In this document: one piece after another, positions 1-9,346 of the stretch
How positions within the stretch are numbered: position 1 is the stretch's first letter
Layout of the letters: each line of letters opens with the position of its first letter
Origin: an uncultured Planctomycetota bacterium
GTDB taxonomy: Bacteria; Planctomycetota; Phycisphaerae; UBA1845; JANYLN01
Direction of reading: 5' to 3'
Assembly (NCBI GenBank): GCA_963787325.1
Contig: CAWBCK010000002.1
Location: forward strand, 108,647-172,646
Length of the DNA: 64,000 nt
Position numbers and translations under genes: made by a program
Notes under the pieces: generated by a model
Database searches by the model: none
Told to the model about the DNA's origin: nothing
Seen by the model: the letters and a program-made list of their open reading frames with translations, nothing else

Positions 1-306
1 CTGCTGCATCCCGGCGATGCCCTGTCGCTCGATACCGTCGAGTGCCGCGTGCTGGACGTTGCCGGCCATTCGCCGGGTGGGTTGGCGTTCTATTGCCCTG
101 CGGCTAGACTGGTCTTTACGGGCGACGCGCTGTTTGCCGGCTCGATCGGCCGGACAGACCTGCCCGAAGGCAGCGAAACTCGACTTCTCAATAACATCCG
201 TCAGAACCTGCTTTCTCTGCCGGATGAGGTCATTGTATATCCGGGTCACGGACCCAGTACGACGGTCGGCCAGGAGCGCCGCACCAACCCCTTTCTTCGC
301 ACATAA
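1..306 (+). CDS. MBL-fold metallo-hydrolase (glyoxalase II-like), C-terminal part; the 5' end lies upstream of the window
   Basis: Frame 1 is open from nt 1 (LLHPGDALSLDTVECRVLDVAGHSPGG...GDALFAGSIGRTD...VYPGHGPSTTVGQERRTNPFL). The HSPG, D-x-LF and GHG motifs are typical of hydroxyacylglutathione-hydrolase-type MBL proteins. Confidence 0.75.
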   Translation: MLHPGDALSLDTVECRVLDVAGHSPGGLAFYCPAARLVFTGDALFAGSIGRTDLPEGSETRLLNNIRQNLLSLPDEVIVYPGHGPSTTVGQERRTNPFLRT

Positions 307-323
307 ACAGGAGTTCGTAGCCG

Positions 324-723
324 ATGCTTTTTCATTATGACTGGTGGTTTGGCGAGGGACTGGCGACGCAGGTCGACGAGGCGAGGATTCGCTGCATGAA
401 GCGACGGTTCCCTGATGCCGACCCGCAGAATCTGCCGGAAGATTCGGACGCCGGCAAGTTCCTGGCGGAGCTGGAGCACCGCGTCATTCTCTACCTGCGC
501 GATGGGTTCACCTACGAACTCGGCGCGACGATCGAGACGTTCGACAAGAGTCTATCTGACGGTCCAGTGCATCCCCGGTGACGAGGCCTATCAGGCAGGC
601 GTGTTCGTCGTCACGTTGCCATACGAAGAGATCGCCCGCGTCGAGGTCTTCGCGGTCCATCCGAGCGAAAAGCCGCAGGAAGCGATGCGCATCACCGGCT
701 TCCACGGCCGGCCGGCGGACTGA
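324..723 (+). CDS. hypothetical protein assembled from two ORF pieces (frame 3, 324-581; frame 1, about 541-723), apparent frameshift near 555-575
   Basis: Both pieces look protein-like (…LYLRDGFTYELGATIETFDK / LTVQCIPGDEAYQAGVFVVTLPYEEIARVEVFAVHPSEKPQE…) and abut. I recognise no family. Confidence 0.35.
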
Positions 724-806
724 ACTGATAGCGGACCCGAAGACGCGCTTCAGGCCCTCTGACAGATGTAAGCAACCCTGCGCCAACTAGGTACAGGAGC
801 ATTATC

Positions 807-3252
807 ATGAGACCTGCAGGTAAGCCGGAAGTCACTGTCGAGGAGTTCCAGCCGCATGCCGATAGCGGCGCGAGCCAGAGGCCCGCGGCGGATGCGGCAT
901 CTGTCAACGTTGTGGTCTGCCAGTCGTCAACGAGACTCTCCGCAATCAGCGGGCGGTTTCGGCACGCCCGCGCGGCTGCGGTTGCTCTGACGGCTTGCCT
1001 GGCTCTGGGAATCACCTGCGCAACAGCATCCCTGGCAAGGGCAGCCGGCGAGAGCGCTAAAGTGCCGCTGCCCCACTCCGTGCGCTATCAGGAAACGACA
1101 ACTACGCAGTTTGGAAAGCGGCCCGCACACACGAGCACGTCCGACGTTATCGTCTCGTCGTCGCGGATGCGACAGACCAGTTCCAATGGCTCGATCGTGA
1201 GCATCTCCGACGGTCAGACCAACAGGTCACTGACGCTGAATGTGCCCAAGAAAAGGGCCACGCTTCGGGACTACCAGGGCCACAACCCGCCCGTCATGCC
1301 CCAGCGCCGGCCCTGCAATCTCGTCGAAGACATTGTCACTGTCGACAAGGCATCGGCCAAATCGCTTGGCGATAAGACGATCGCGGGTCGACCTGCCAAG
1401 GGCTATGAGTTGGGCGGCGGGAAGCAAAGGATCTGGATCGACGCGGAAACTGGGCTACCCGTCGAGATTTGCCGGACAACAAAAGAGTCTGATCCCCCGT
1501 TTACCATGACGGTCACGATGAGCCATTTTGAGTGGAATGTCCCGGTCGACGAGTCGCTCTTCAGTTTGACCCCGCCGGCAGGATATGAGGTCGAGCACAA
1601 GAATTCGGACCTGAAGCCTTCGAACGAAAAGCAGTTTCTCAAAGCCCTTCGGTTTTGGGCGAAGATCAACGGCGGCCAGTTTCCGGAAACGCTGGATCAT
1701 GCCTCTTTTTTTGATTCCTTGAAGGGATTCCTGCAAAGCAAAAAGGATCGCAAGGAAGAGACGGCCAGCTTGACCCCTGTCCTCACGGACGCCATGAAAG
1801 GCTTGGCCTTTCTCAAGAGTCCCGGCACGAGCGACTGGCACTATGCCGGAACGAATGTAAAACTCGATGAACCCGGCAGGCCGATCATATGGTACCGGCC
1901 CAAAGGGTCGTCAGCGTTCCGTGTTATTTACGCGGATCTTTCTGTCCAGGAGGTGCCTGACGGTGCCGAGCCGAACATCTCCTCAAAAGCCGTGGCCGGT
2001 TCGCTGCCCCATGACCTGCTCGACTTTGATTACAAGAACCCTGCAACGGAAGCGGATCTGCTGAAGGCGTTGCGGCTTTTTGCCGGGTTGAACGATGGCC
2101 GGCTGCCTGCCGACATGAGCTCTAAGGCGGTTGGTGCACAGACTCAAACAGATCAGGAACCATCGCGGCCTGATGCCGGTGAGCGAGGAAAGGCTCTTTG
2201 AAGCGAAGTGCAGCCGTATCTCGTATGGCATGCGGTTCATCGAACACGGGCCGGACAGCGACTGGCACTACGCCAATCCCGGCGCCAGTTAAATACGCCC
2301 AAGTGCCCCGTGCTGTGGTATCGGCCGAACGGTGGCGATGTTTACCGCGTGATCGACGCCGACATGACGGTGCGTCAGGTAGAACCGCAGGATCTGCCGA
2401 AGGTATCTTCGACACTCCTGCGAGCGTACTCTCTTGTCGGCGGTACCCCGCCCTTTATCGAGCACAACCTGGTCGAATCCCTCCAGTACTGGGCTAAACT
2501 GTCTGGCGGCAAGTTTCCCAACCGGATCGACACCGTTACACTCAATGAGCTCAAGCGGCAAGCCGACGACGTTCCCGAACCACGGCGTCGCTCATTCAGC
2601 GAAAAGATGTGTGTCATTTCCCGTAGCCTGCAATTCATCACAGACCGCAAGCACGGCGACGATTGGCACTATGCGGGCAAGGGTGTGGCTCTTGGCCGGG
2701 CTGGCGTGCCCGTGCTCTGGTATCGCCCCAGGGACGCGTCCGTATATCATGTCATCTACGCCGACCTGAGTGTCCGGCAGGTCGCCCCTGCGGACCTCCC
2801 GACCGCGCGGTCGGAAAGGTTGACGCCGAGCAGTGTGATTCGCGACAGGTCCGAGGACGATCTGCTGTATGCCCTGCGTGCGTGGGCCGAACTGAACGGG
2901 AACAGGTTTCCTGCGGATATGAGTTACCAGGCCGCCATGGAGACCAGCACCCAGAGGCTGCCCGACAATCTGACGGACTTGTCTCCCGCGGAGAGTAAAC
3001 AGGCAATGGCTGATATGGACAAGCGGTCCCGGCTGTTTGCGGGAGTCCGCTTCCTCGCAAGGAATCGCGAGCTATCAGTACGCTGGCGTGGAGACACCGT
3101 TCGACCAGGCAGATACACCGATCCTCTGGTATCAGCCGCGCAAATCCAAGACGTGGCGAGTGATCTACGCGGACCTGACCGTGCGCGATGTGACCGAAAA
3201 GGACCTCCCGTCGGGTGTACCAGGCCGACCGCATACTTCGGTGACTCGCTAG
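807..3252 (+). CDS. secreted or membrane-anchored protein: LolA-like lipoprotein-sorting-fold N-domain followed by four tandem modules of about 125 aa; frame broken about 3 times (near 2128, 2287, 3040)
   Basis: ATG at 807 is preceded by CAGGAG. There is a hydrophobic segment AAAVALTACLALGITCATASLARA. The N-domain pattern GYELGGGKQRIWIDAETGLPVEI...FEWNVPVDESLFSLTPPAGYEV is LolA/RseB-like. Four repeats carry L(K/Y)ALR.WA.LNG..FP, DWHYAG and P(I/V)LWY(R/Q)P....(F/Y/W)RVIYADL(S/T)VR(Q/D)V..(D/E)LP. The pieces lie in ORFs 807-2201, 2208-3407 and 3037-3252 plus a short third-frame stretch (…FEAKCSRISYGMRFIEHGPDSDWHYA). Confidence 0.6.
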
Positions 3253-3356
3253 ACCACGTTCGACGCAGGTGTACCGGTTCCCGTCGGGCGTTCCGTCCGT
3301 ATTTGCAGCAGTCTAGGCTTAGATATGGCGTTAGCCTGGCTCCGATTCTTAGGTGG

Positions 3357-3381
3357 CATGGCCCTGCGGAGCAGGGCCATG
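3357..3381. terminator. perfect 10-bp stem hairpin (catggccctg-cggag-cagggccatg) between convergent genes
   Basis: The inverted repeat was read directly. It lies between the stop at 3252 (+) and the stop at 3532 (-). There is no strong T-run. Confidence 0.4.
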
Positions 3382-3419
3382 GTGGTTGGCCGCTGCAGGT
3401 AAACTGAACTTGCTCTAGC

Positions 3420-3437
3420 CTGCCCGCTTGCGGGCAG
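3420..3437. terminator. 7-bp stem hairpin (ctgcccg-cttg-cgggcag) followed by cgtttg
   Basis: The inverted repeat was read directly in the same convergent intergenic region. Confidence 0.4.
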
Positions 3438-3531
3438 CGTTTGCTCGACTGGCAACACGCTACCCATGGATCGCGTATGCTCCGGAATGTCGGACGCAAC
3501 CGCAAAGACTCACCTCTGACTTCAGGCGATC

Positions 3532-4190
3532 TGGTCCCGTCCCGCCGGCACGCTCAGGATCTCGATCAGCTGCCGGCCCGCCCGCTCCAGCGATGCCAGC
3601 GACTGCTCGTCAACCGGCCGGGCGAGAGGCCAGTAGATCGTCGCCGAATTCCCGCGGACTTCCAGGCCCGCCTGGATCGGCAGGGCATGCACATCTCCGC
3701 AAGCCGGCCGATCAATTCACTTTCACTGTTGGGGTGTTCGGTCCAGACTTGACGTCCGACCAGCTTGGCGGGCATCTTGATATGCCGGTAACGATGAAAC
3801 GGCTCCGCCGGGGCAAAGGTCTCGGTCTGCGGCAGTATGGCCGTGCCGCCGTAAAGACTGCCAACCCGCACCATCGCTAGGCCAAACCGCTGCGTGCGGC
3901 GGTATCGTCCGGACGACATCTGCCGCTCGAACTGCCCCAGCCACAACGCCCCGGCCTGCGTCGGCACGCTCATCACGTCGTGGCAGCTGCGATCGTGCCC
4001 CCATGTGCCCAGCCAGAACCCTTCCATCGCCGCAGGTAGATCCCACGGGTCCGCCTCGTTGTAGGTCCAGCCTTTCTGCAACGCCAGCGACGCCAGTCGC
4101 CTTCGTCTCCCGGCGCAGCCGGGCCAGCGGCACGAGGATCGCCGCCGTCAGCAGGACAATCAGGATCAGTATGAGTATCACTGGTTCCAC
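3532..4190 (-). CDS. hypothetical N-terminally membrane-anchored protein; three frame pieces (shifts near 4080 and 3700)
   Basis: The TM start is MEPVILILILIVLLTAAILVPLA. It continues as LQKGWTYNEADPWDLPAAMEGFWLGTWGHD... (ORF 3566-4081) and then as DVHALPIQAGLEVRGNSATIYWPLARPVDEQSLASLERAGRQLIEILSVPAGRDQIA* in the third frame (my own translation). I recognise no family. Confidence 0.45.
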
Positions 4191-4342
4191 GGGTTGGTAT
4201 TCTTTCTTAGAACCTCTGTCTCGCGACCGTCACTGCCAGCCTTGCCAATAGCACCTTCGCTGCAACCGGCAATCTGCCCTTCCCGCGCAAACCCGGGTGC
4301 CGCTGGCAGCGTGCCGGCCAGTGCGGGATCTCGAAGCCGCTG

Positions 4343-5551
4343 CTAGCGGTCGGCCGCCTGGCCGATCGATCTGGCCGTTACCGGATGCACCCGCGGTGCT
4401 GCCAGCGGCTGCCACATGCTCGCCCCGAACGCGTAGTCCGGCGATGGTGCCCGTAGTGACCGGATCCAGTCCAGCACGACACCGTACTTACGGTCATTGG
4501 TACTGCGGTACAGCGGCGCGATCGCCGTCGGGTGTTGGACCTCGGCCTCATCCGCCGGCAGACCGTACTGCAAAAGCAGGCTGGCCTCGGGGTTCGTCCG
4601 ATCGATGACCCGGCCGTCATCGTTTCCAAATTTGCTGAGAATATAGAAATTTGTGACACCGACAGCCGGCAGCGCCATCGGCAGCAGCAGGCGCATCTGC
4701 CCCGCCTCGTTGCCGCCGTGGCAGGTCGGCAACGCACAACCCCTGCTGACGATCGGCCACACCTGGTGCCGGAAGTCGGTCAGGGCCCGCGGCTCAGTGT
4801 TGATCCGTATGCGGTCCAGAAAACGGTCGCCGCTAAAATGAATGATCCAGCGGAGTTTGTCGTCATTGGCCGACCGACGGAACTGCTCCTTCTCCTGCTC
4901 GGTCATCTCCTTGCTCTTGTCTACCTCGGCCAGGAACTCCTGGATAACCTCGTGGGGGATCACCACGCGCGGCCGGTCATCCATGTCCTTCGGGCAGAAC
5001 TCCTCGAAGCGCAGCGTACCGATCGCCTCCGGCGTCAGGATGGCCAGCGGCGCGTTGTTGACCTGCTCGGTGCGCTGCGGCTCAGTCGTTGCCGGCTGGC
5101 TGGCGGCCGCCGCGGCTGCCAGCTGCCGCGTACTGACGCGGAGCAGTGATTTGGCCCGGATATGATTGGGCCAGGACGACAGGATCCGCCGGCATACCTC
5201 GGCTGCCAGATCGGGACGTTTGTGCGTCGAACAGGTCAGAGCCAGCCGGTACAGGTTGCCGGCATCGTTGGACGCGATCTGGCTGAGCTGCTGGCTGTAC
5301 CAGGTATTGAATTCCGGCGGAGATTCGGGCACCGGCGGCGAAGTCAGCAGACCAGACACGCTTCGATGGGCAGGCGACCTGTTCGCTTTTGCCTTCTGTG
5401 AAGCAGGTCTTGTCGCGGTGGCCGGCCTGGCCGCCTCGGGAGGGTGCGATCGCATCGCCGCCAGGCTGATCGCCGTAACGCCCGCCAGTGTCGCCGCCAA
5501 TACGCACACGCGAATTGCTGCCGCCGTGCCGTGTTGATTCGCAGAAGACAT
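4343..5551 (-). CDS. membrane-anchored protein with a planctomycete cytochrome-c-like (PSCyt1-like) heme-binding motif
   Basis: The internal ATG at 5551 is preceded by GAGGTGG and followed by a TM segment (AIRVCVLAATLAGVTAISLAAM). The C-terminal region FRHQVWPIVSRGCALPTCHGGNEAGQMRLLL...NPEASLLLQYG resembles the Planctomycete cytochrome C domain. The 5' 159 nt of ORF 4343-5710 look non-coding. Confidence 0.55.
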   Translation of the reverse strand: MSSANQHGTAAAIRVCVLAATLAGVTAISLAAMRSHPPEAARPATATRPASQKAKANRSPAHRSVSGLLTSPPVPESPPEFNTWYSQQLSQIASNDAGNLYRLALTCSTHKRPDLAAEVCRRILSSWPNHIRAKSLLRVSTRQLAAAAAASQPATTEPQRTEQVNNAPLAILTPEAIGTLRFEEFCPKDMDDRPRVVIPHEVIQEFLAEVDKSKEMTEQEKEQFRRSANDDKLRWIIHFSGDRFLDRIRINTEPRALTDFRHQVWPIVSRGCALPTCHGGNEAGQMRLLLPMALPAVGVTNFYILSKFGNDDGRVIDRTNPEASLLLQYGLPADEAEVQHPTAIAPLYRSTNDRKYGVVLDWIRSLRAPSPDYAFGASMWQPLAAPRVHPVTARSIGQAADR

Positions 5552-5709
5552 GAGCCACCTCGCAAAATGCAGCCGTCCGCCGTGCCGATCCCTTCGTTTG
5601 ACGCCGCCGCCGGCGCAGGCTCTACTATACCAACGCCGTGGCCGGCTCGACAGCCGGGCGCCGGGATATCGGACCTGGCCGGTGATACTGCGGAGGCGAT
5701 GTATACGCA

Positions 5710-5979
5710 ATGGCTGACCTCAATGAACTGGCAGGCAAGCAGGTTGTCTTCGATACCGCGGGGACAATCGTATACCTTGGCACCCTCGAGCGGATCACCG
5801 ATGAAGGCTTCTGGCTGACCGAAGCCGATGTGCACGACACGCGAGAAGGATCCATGAGCAAGGAACTCTACGTCATCGAAGCCAAACGCGGCGGCCTTTG
5901 CGCCAACCGACAGCGCGTCTTCGTGCTCAAATCCGTGGTCATGAGCGTCTCGGCGCTGGCGGATATCGTCGAACATTGA
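5710..5979 (+). CDS. small hypothetical protein (89 aa) with an Sm-like N-terminal pattern
   Basis: Clean ORF, divergent from the previous gene. LNELAGKQVVFDTAGTIVYLGTLERITDEGFWLTEADVHD resembles an Sm1-type motif (G-K-x-V...G...G-x-L...D...L..A). Confidence 0.5.
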   Translation: MADLNELAGKQVVFDTAGTIVYLGTLERITDEGFWLTEADVHDTREGSMSKELYVIEAKRGGLCANRQRVFVLKSVVMSVSALADIVEH

Positions 5980-6073
5980 TATCGCAGCCGCTTGCGGCCG
6001 GTGGCTGAAAGCGGCTCTTGAATTCTGCACTGGCAGGTGATCTGCCGGTCGTACCCCGTATGTGAGGATCGCA

Positions 6074-7060
6074 ATGAAAGTCCTGGTTACTGGCGGAGCG
6101 GGCTATATCGGCAGCGTGTGCGGCCGGCGGTTATGCAAAGCGGGGCATGAGGTCGTCGTCGTCGACGATCTCAGTGCGGGGCATCGTGAAGCGGTGCTGG
6201 AACCGGCCAAACTCGTCGTGCTGAATATCCACGATACCGCCGCCCTCGATAAGCTGCTGGTGGATGGCCATTTCGACGCCGCCATGCACTTCGCCGCCAG
6301 TACAGCCGTCGGCGAATCGGTGCAGCAGCCGCTCAAGTACTGGCGCAACAACGCTGCCGGCACGCTGAACCTGCTGGAGGCCCTCCAGCGGCACAACATC
6401 CGCCGGTTCGTCTTTTCCAGTACCTGCGCGGTCTACGGCAATCCCCGCAAGATCCCGTTGACGGAAGATCATCCGAAGGACCCGGTCAGCCCGTACGGCC
6501 GGAGCAAGGCCACGGTCGAATGGATGCTGGAAGACTCCGCCACGGCCTGGGGCCTCGGGGCAATGGCGCTGCGGTACTTCAATGCCGCCGGCGCAGCCGA
6601 CGACGGCGCCCTGGGTGAGGATCACAGCCCCGAGACGCACCTGATCCCGCTGACGTTGCAGGCGGCCGCCGGTCTTCGCGGCAGCCTGAAGGTCTTCGGC
6701 ACCGACTGGCCGACGCCGGACGGTACGTGCATCCGTGACTACATTCACGTCGAGGACCTGGCCGAGGCCCATCTGCTGGCCTTGGAAGCCGCCGAGGAAG
6801 GCGTCTTCAAGTACGTCAATGTTGGCACGGGCAAGGGCTCGAGCGTGCAGGAAGTCATCCGGGCTGCGGAGAAGGTCACGGGCAAGCCGGTGCCGCACGA
6901 CCCGGCGGATCGGCGAGCGGGGGATCCACCGGCGCTGCTGGCCGATCCAGGCGCGGCCGCCAGTTTGCTCGGCTGGAAAGCCCAGCGCACCGACCTCGAA
7001 CAGATCATCCGGTCGGCATGGCAGTGGCTGGAGGCGCACCCCAAGGGGTATGCCGGGTAG
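6074..7060 (+). CDS. galE: UDP-glucose 4-epimerase
   Basis: MKVLVTGGAGYIGS Rossmann motif, SPYGRSK (YxxxK), and the FNAAGA...HLIP...G-D-Y-T-DGTCIRDYIHV pattern typical of GalE. The ORF starts at 6062 but the MKV start at 6074 fits the family. Confidence 0.9.
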   Translation: MKVLVTGGAGYIGSVCGRRLCKAGHEVVVVDDLSAGHREAVLEPAKLVVLNIHDTAALDKLLVDGHFDAAMHFAASTAVGESVQQPLKYWRNNAAGTLNLLEALQRHNIRRFVFSSTCAVYGNPRKIPLTEDHPKDPVSPYGRSKATVEWMLEDSATAWGLGAMALRYFNAAGAADDGALGEDHSPETHLIPLTLQAAAGLRGSLKVFGTDWPTPDGTCIRDYIHVEDLAEAHLLALEAAEEGVFKYVNVGTGKGSSVQEVIRAAEKVTGKPVPHDPADRRAGDPPALLADPGAAASLLGWKAQRTDLEQIIRSAWQWLEAHPKGYAG

Positions 7061-7304
7061 CAGGGTTATCGTACGCATGCACCCCAATATGTAGGTATGC
7101 GGTGGAATCCTGTACCCTGTATCTGGGGGTCTTACGACCGTGCGCGGGCATCTGTGCCACTTGCGTCCTTTGCCGCACCGTAATTGGACTGGCGGCGTAA
7201 TGTTATTAGACTGTTGAACTATAGATCGATGCCGCATCGTCGCAGACGGTCAGCGCCGCCGGCGATGTGTGTCGCTGATGCACCCGTAGCCATTGGAGTC
7301 TTGG

Positions 7305-9263
7305 ATGGGTAAAGCCGTAGCCAACAAACGCTCGCCGGCTGGGCTGGCTGAGCAGACTGGTCCCGCCAGACGGTCCTGGAAGGCTTTCCTGATCGACGCT
7401 GTCCAGCACAAACGCTGGGCGATGGTGGTGCTGGCTGCGATCAGTGGAGTAATGCTGTCGGTTATCTTCGCTCCGCATAACCTCTGGCCACTTGCTTACG
7501 TCTGTCTGGTTCCGTGGTTGGTGGGGGTGATCTGCAGCCAGCGGCGGACGTGGATGTTCTTTGTCAGCTACCTGATGGGGGTAGCCTTTTTCTTCTACAA
7601 CCTGAACTGGCTCTGGGTGGTGACGACCTGGCCGCCCAACGGCATTTTCGGGGTGCCGGTTCCGATCGGTACACTACTGCTGGCGCTGTACCTGGGGCTG
7701 TATCTGCCGTTGGCGGCATGGTTGATCCGCTTTGCCTACCGGCGGATGCGGACGCCGCTGGCGCTGGTGGTACCGATTGTCTGGACCGCGACGGAGTTCG
7801 TCCGGGCCTACCTGCCCGCCGTGCCCTATGACGGTCAATGGCAGTACACGGGGCTGCAGTGGTTCTTCCTGGCCCACAGCCATTACAACGTCCTGCCCGT
7901 CATCCAGATGGCGGACCTGGCGGGGGCATATGGCGTGTCATTTCTGATCGCGATGGTTAACGGGTGGCTGGCCGAGTTGATCGTGCATCCGCTGGTCTTT
8001 TCCGTTGCCGGACGATGGACTCGACGTGCGAAGGTCATCACGACGGTCGTGCTGGTTCTGCTGTTCGCCAACCTGGGATACGGGGTTTTCCGGCTGCAGG
8101 AGAAGTTGGAGCCCGGTCCGAAGATCGCGGTCGTGCAGACGGACGAGCCGCTGTTTGTTGATTCCGGCGGCTATCGAATTTCCCCCTACGCCTTGCAGCG
8201 GATCGAGTGGAATCTGATTCACGAGGCACTGGCGCAGAAGCCCGACATCGTCGTGCTGCCGGAGACGATGTGGCCCTGGCGGCTCAACCGCGAGTTTCGC
8301 GAGATGAAGCCGGACGCCCAGACGCGATACTCCGGGTACGAAAGGGAGCAGAATCGGGCGCGGATTACGCACGAACGGCTGAAGCAACTGGCAGCGGAGT
8401 CCGGCGCGACGCTGGTCATCGGGACGCTTGCGCAGGAGCGGCACCCTGAGCGCGTGGCCTATCTCCAGAATGGACGATTCAACTCCGCGCTGGTTTACAA
8501 GCCGGGCGAGGACGAGCCGGAGCGATACGACAAGCGACACCTGGTGCTGTTCGGTGAGTTCATCCCGTTTCGTGGCGGCCGGCTGCACCGTCTCTACAAC
8601 AAACTCAACAGCGTGATGCCGTGGCCGGACGAGTATTCGCTGACGGCCGGTACCAAGGCGACGGTGTTTACCGCAGCCGCACCTTCGTTGGGCGGCAAGA
8701 CGTTCCGCTTTGGTACGCCGATCTGCTACGAGATCACGATGTCCAATGCGTGCCGGCAATTCGTGGCTGGTCCCGAAGGCAAGCGGGCGGACCTGCTGAT
8801 CAACCTGAGCAACGATGGGTGGTTCGAGTATACCTCGGAATTGCCGCAGCATCTGGCGGTGGCGGTGTTCCGCGCGGTGGAGAATCGTGTCGGTCTGGCG
8901 CGGTCGGTCAATACGGGCATCAGTGCGCTGGTCGATCCGAACGGCCGGATTCTTGATGCGATGCTCAAGGACGGTAAGTGGCGTTTCCCTGCGCATCAGC
9001 GGCGTCTCGGACGACGGCTCGAGCCACCGCTGCCATATAAGGGGCTTTCGGGTGTGCTGGTCGCGCAAGTCCCCGTGGATTCGCAGGTCACCCTTTACAT
9101 GCGCTGGGGCAACTGGCTGCCGATCTCATGCCTGATCGCGGCCGGACTGATGCTGTTGGCCTGGTGGGTGGATCGGACGTATATTGCTGTGCGGCACCTG
9201 CGGAGGACGACGGGGGATAGAAGCCAGGAGACAGAAGACAGGAGTCAGGAGACAGAAGACTGA
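7305..9263 (+). CDS. lnt: apolipoprotein N-acyltransferase
   Basis: Multi-TM N-terminal half plus a CN-hydrolase domain with the catalytic triad context VVLPE / YDKRHLVLFGEFIPF / FGTPICYE. ATG at 7305 follows GGAG (the ORF track starts at TTG 7293). The last ~20 codons (DRSQETEDRSQETED) translate a GA-rich repeat. Confidence 0.85.
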   Translation: MGKAVANKRSPAGLAEQTGPARRSWKAFLIDAVQHKRWAMVVLAAISGVMLSVIFAPHNLWPLAYVCLVPWLVGVICSQRRTWMFFVSYLMGVAFFFYNLNWLWVVTTWPPNGIFGVPVPIGTLLLALYLGLYLPLAAWLIRFAYRRMRTPLALVVPIVWTATEFVRAYLPAVPYDGQWQYTGLQWFFLAHSHYNVLPVIQMADLAGAYGVSFLIAMVNGWLAELIVHPLVFSVAGRWTRRAKVITTVVLVLLFANLGYGVFRLQEKLEPGPKIAVVQTDEPLFVDSGGYRISPYALQRIEWNLIHEALAQKPDIVVLPETMWPWRLNREFREMKPDAQTRYSGYEREQNRARITHERLKQLAAESGATLVIGTLAQERHPERVAYLQNGRFNSALVYKPGEDEPERYDKRHLVLFGEFIPFRGGRLHRLYNKLNSVMPWPDEYSLTAGTKATVFTAAAPSLGGKTFRFGTPICYEITMSNACRQFVAGPEGKRADLLINLSNDGWFEYTSELPQHLAVAVFRAVENRVGLARSVNTGISALVDPNGRILDAMLKDGKWRFPAHQRRLGRRLEPPLPYKGLSGVLVAQVPVDSQVTLYMRWGNWLPISCLIAAGLMLLAWWVDRTYIAVRHLRRTTGDRSQETEDRSQETED

Positions 9264-9295
9264 AGGCAGAAGCCGGGAGTCGGGAGACAGGGGTC
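9217..9295 (+). repeat. purine-rich GGAGACA/GAAGACA oligo-repeat element (copy 1)
   Basis: It contains caggagacagaagacagg (9225-9242), identical over 18 nt to 33602-33619, and gaaggcagaag (9262-9272), identical to 33576-33586. It is internally repetitive. Confidence 0.6.
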
Positions 9296-9346
9296 CAGCC
9301 GGCTTTCGGGTGGTTGTGTCGACAGGGATGTTGAGAGGGTTCAGGT

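Noticed and set aside
2199-2201. In-frame TGA ending ORF 807-2201 as a possible selenocysteine or readthrough site
   Set aside because: The conserved repeat module continues in a different frame from about 2128 (…RLVHRLKQIRNHRGLMPVSEERLFEAKCSRISYGMRFIEHGPDSDWHYA). The stop is therefore a consequence of a frameshift, not a recoding signal. I saw no SECIS-like context.
6131-7237. Long antisense ORFs opposite known genes: 6131-7237(-), 7938-9068(-), 25649-26713(-), 27036-27944(-), 28655-29839(-), 39697-40944(+), 45005-46063(+), 47640-48842(-), 48864-50054(-), 50879-51997(-), 55022-56449(-)
   Set aside because: These are typical shadow ORFs of a GC-rich genome. Their translations are Arg/Pro/Gly/Ala-rich with no recognisable motifs, and each lies opposite a gene with strong family signatures.
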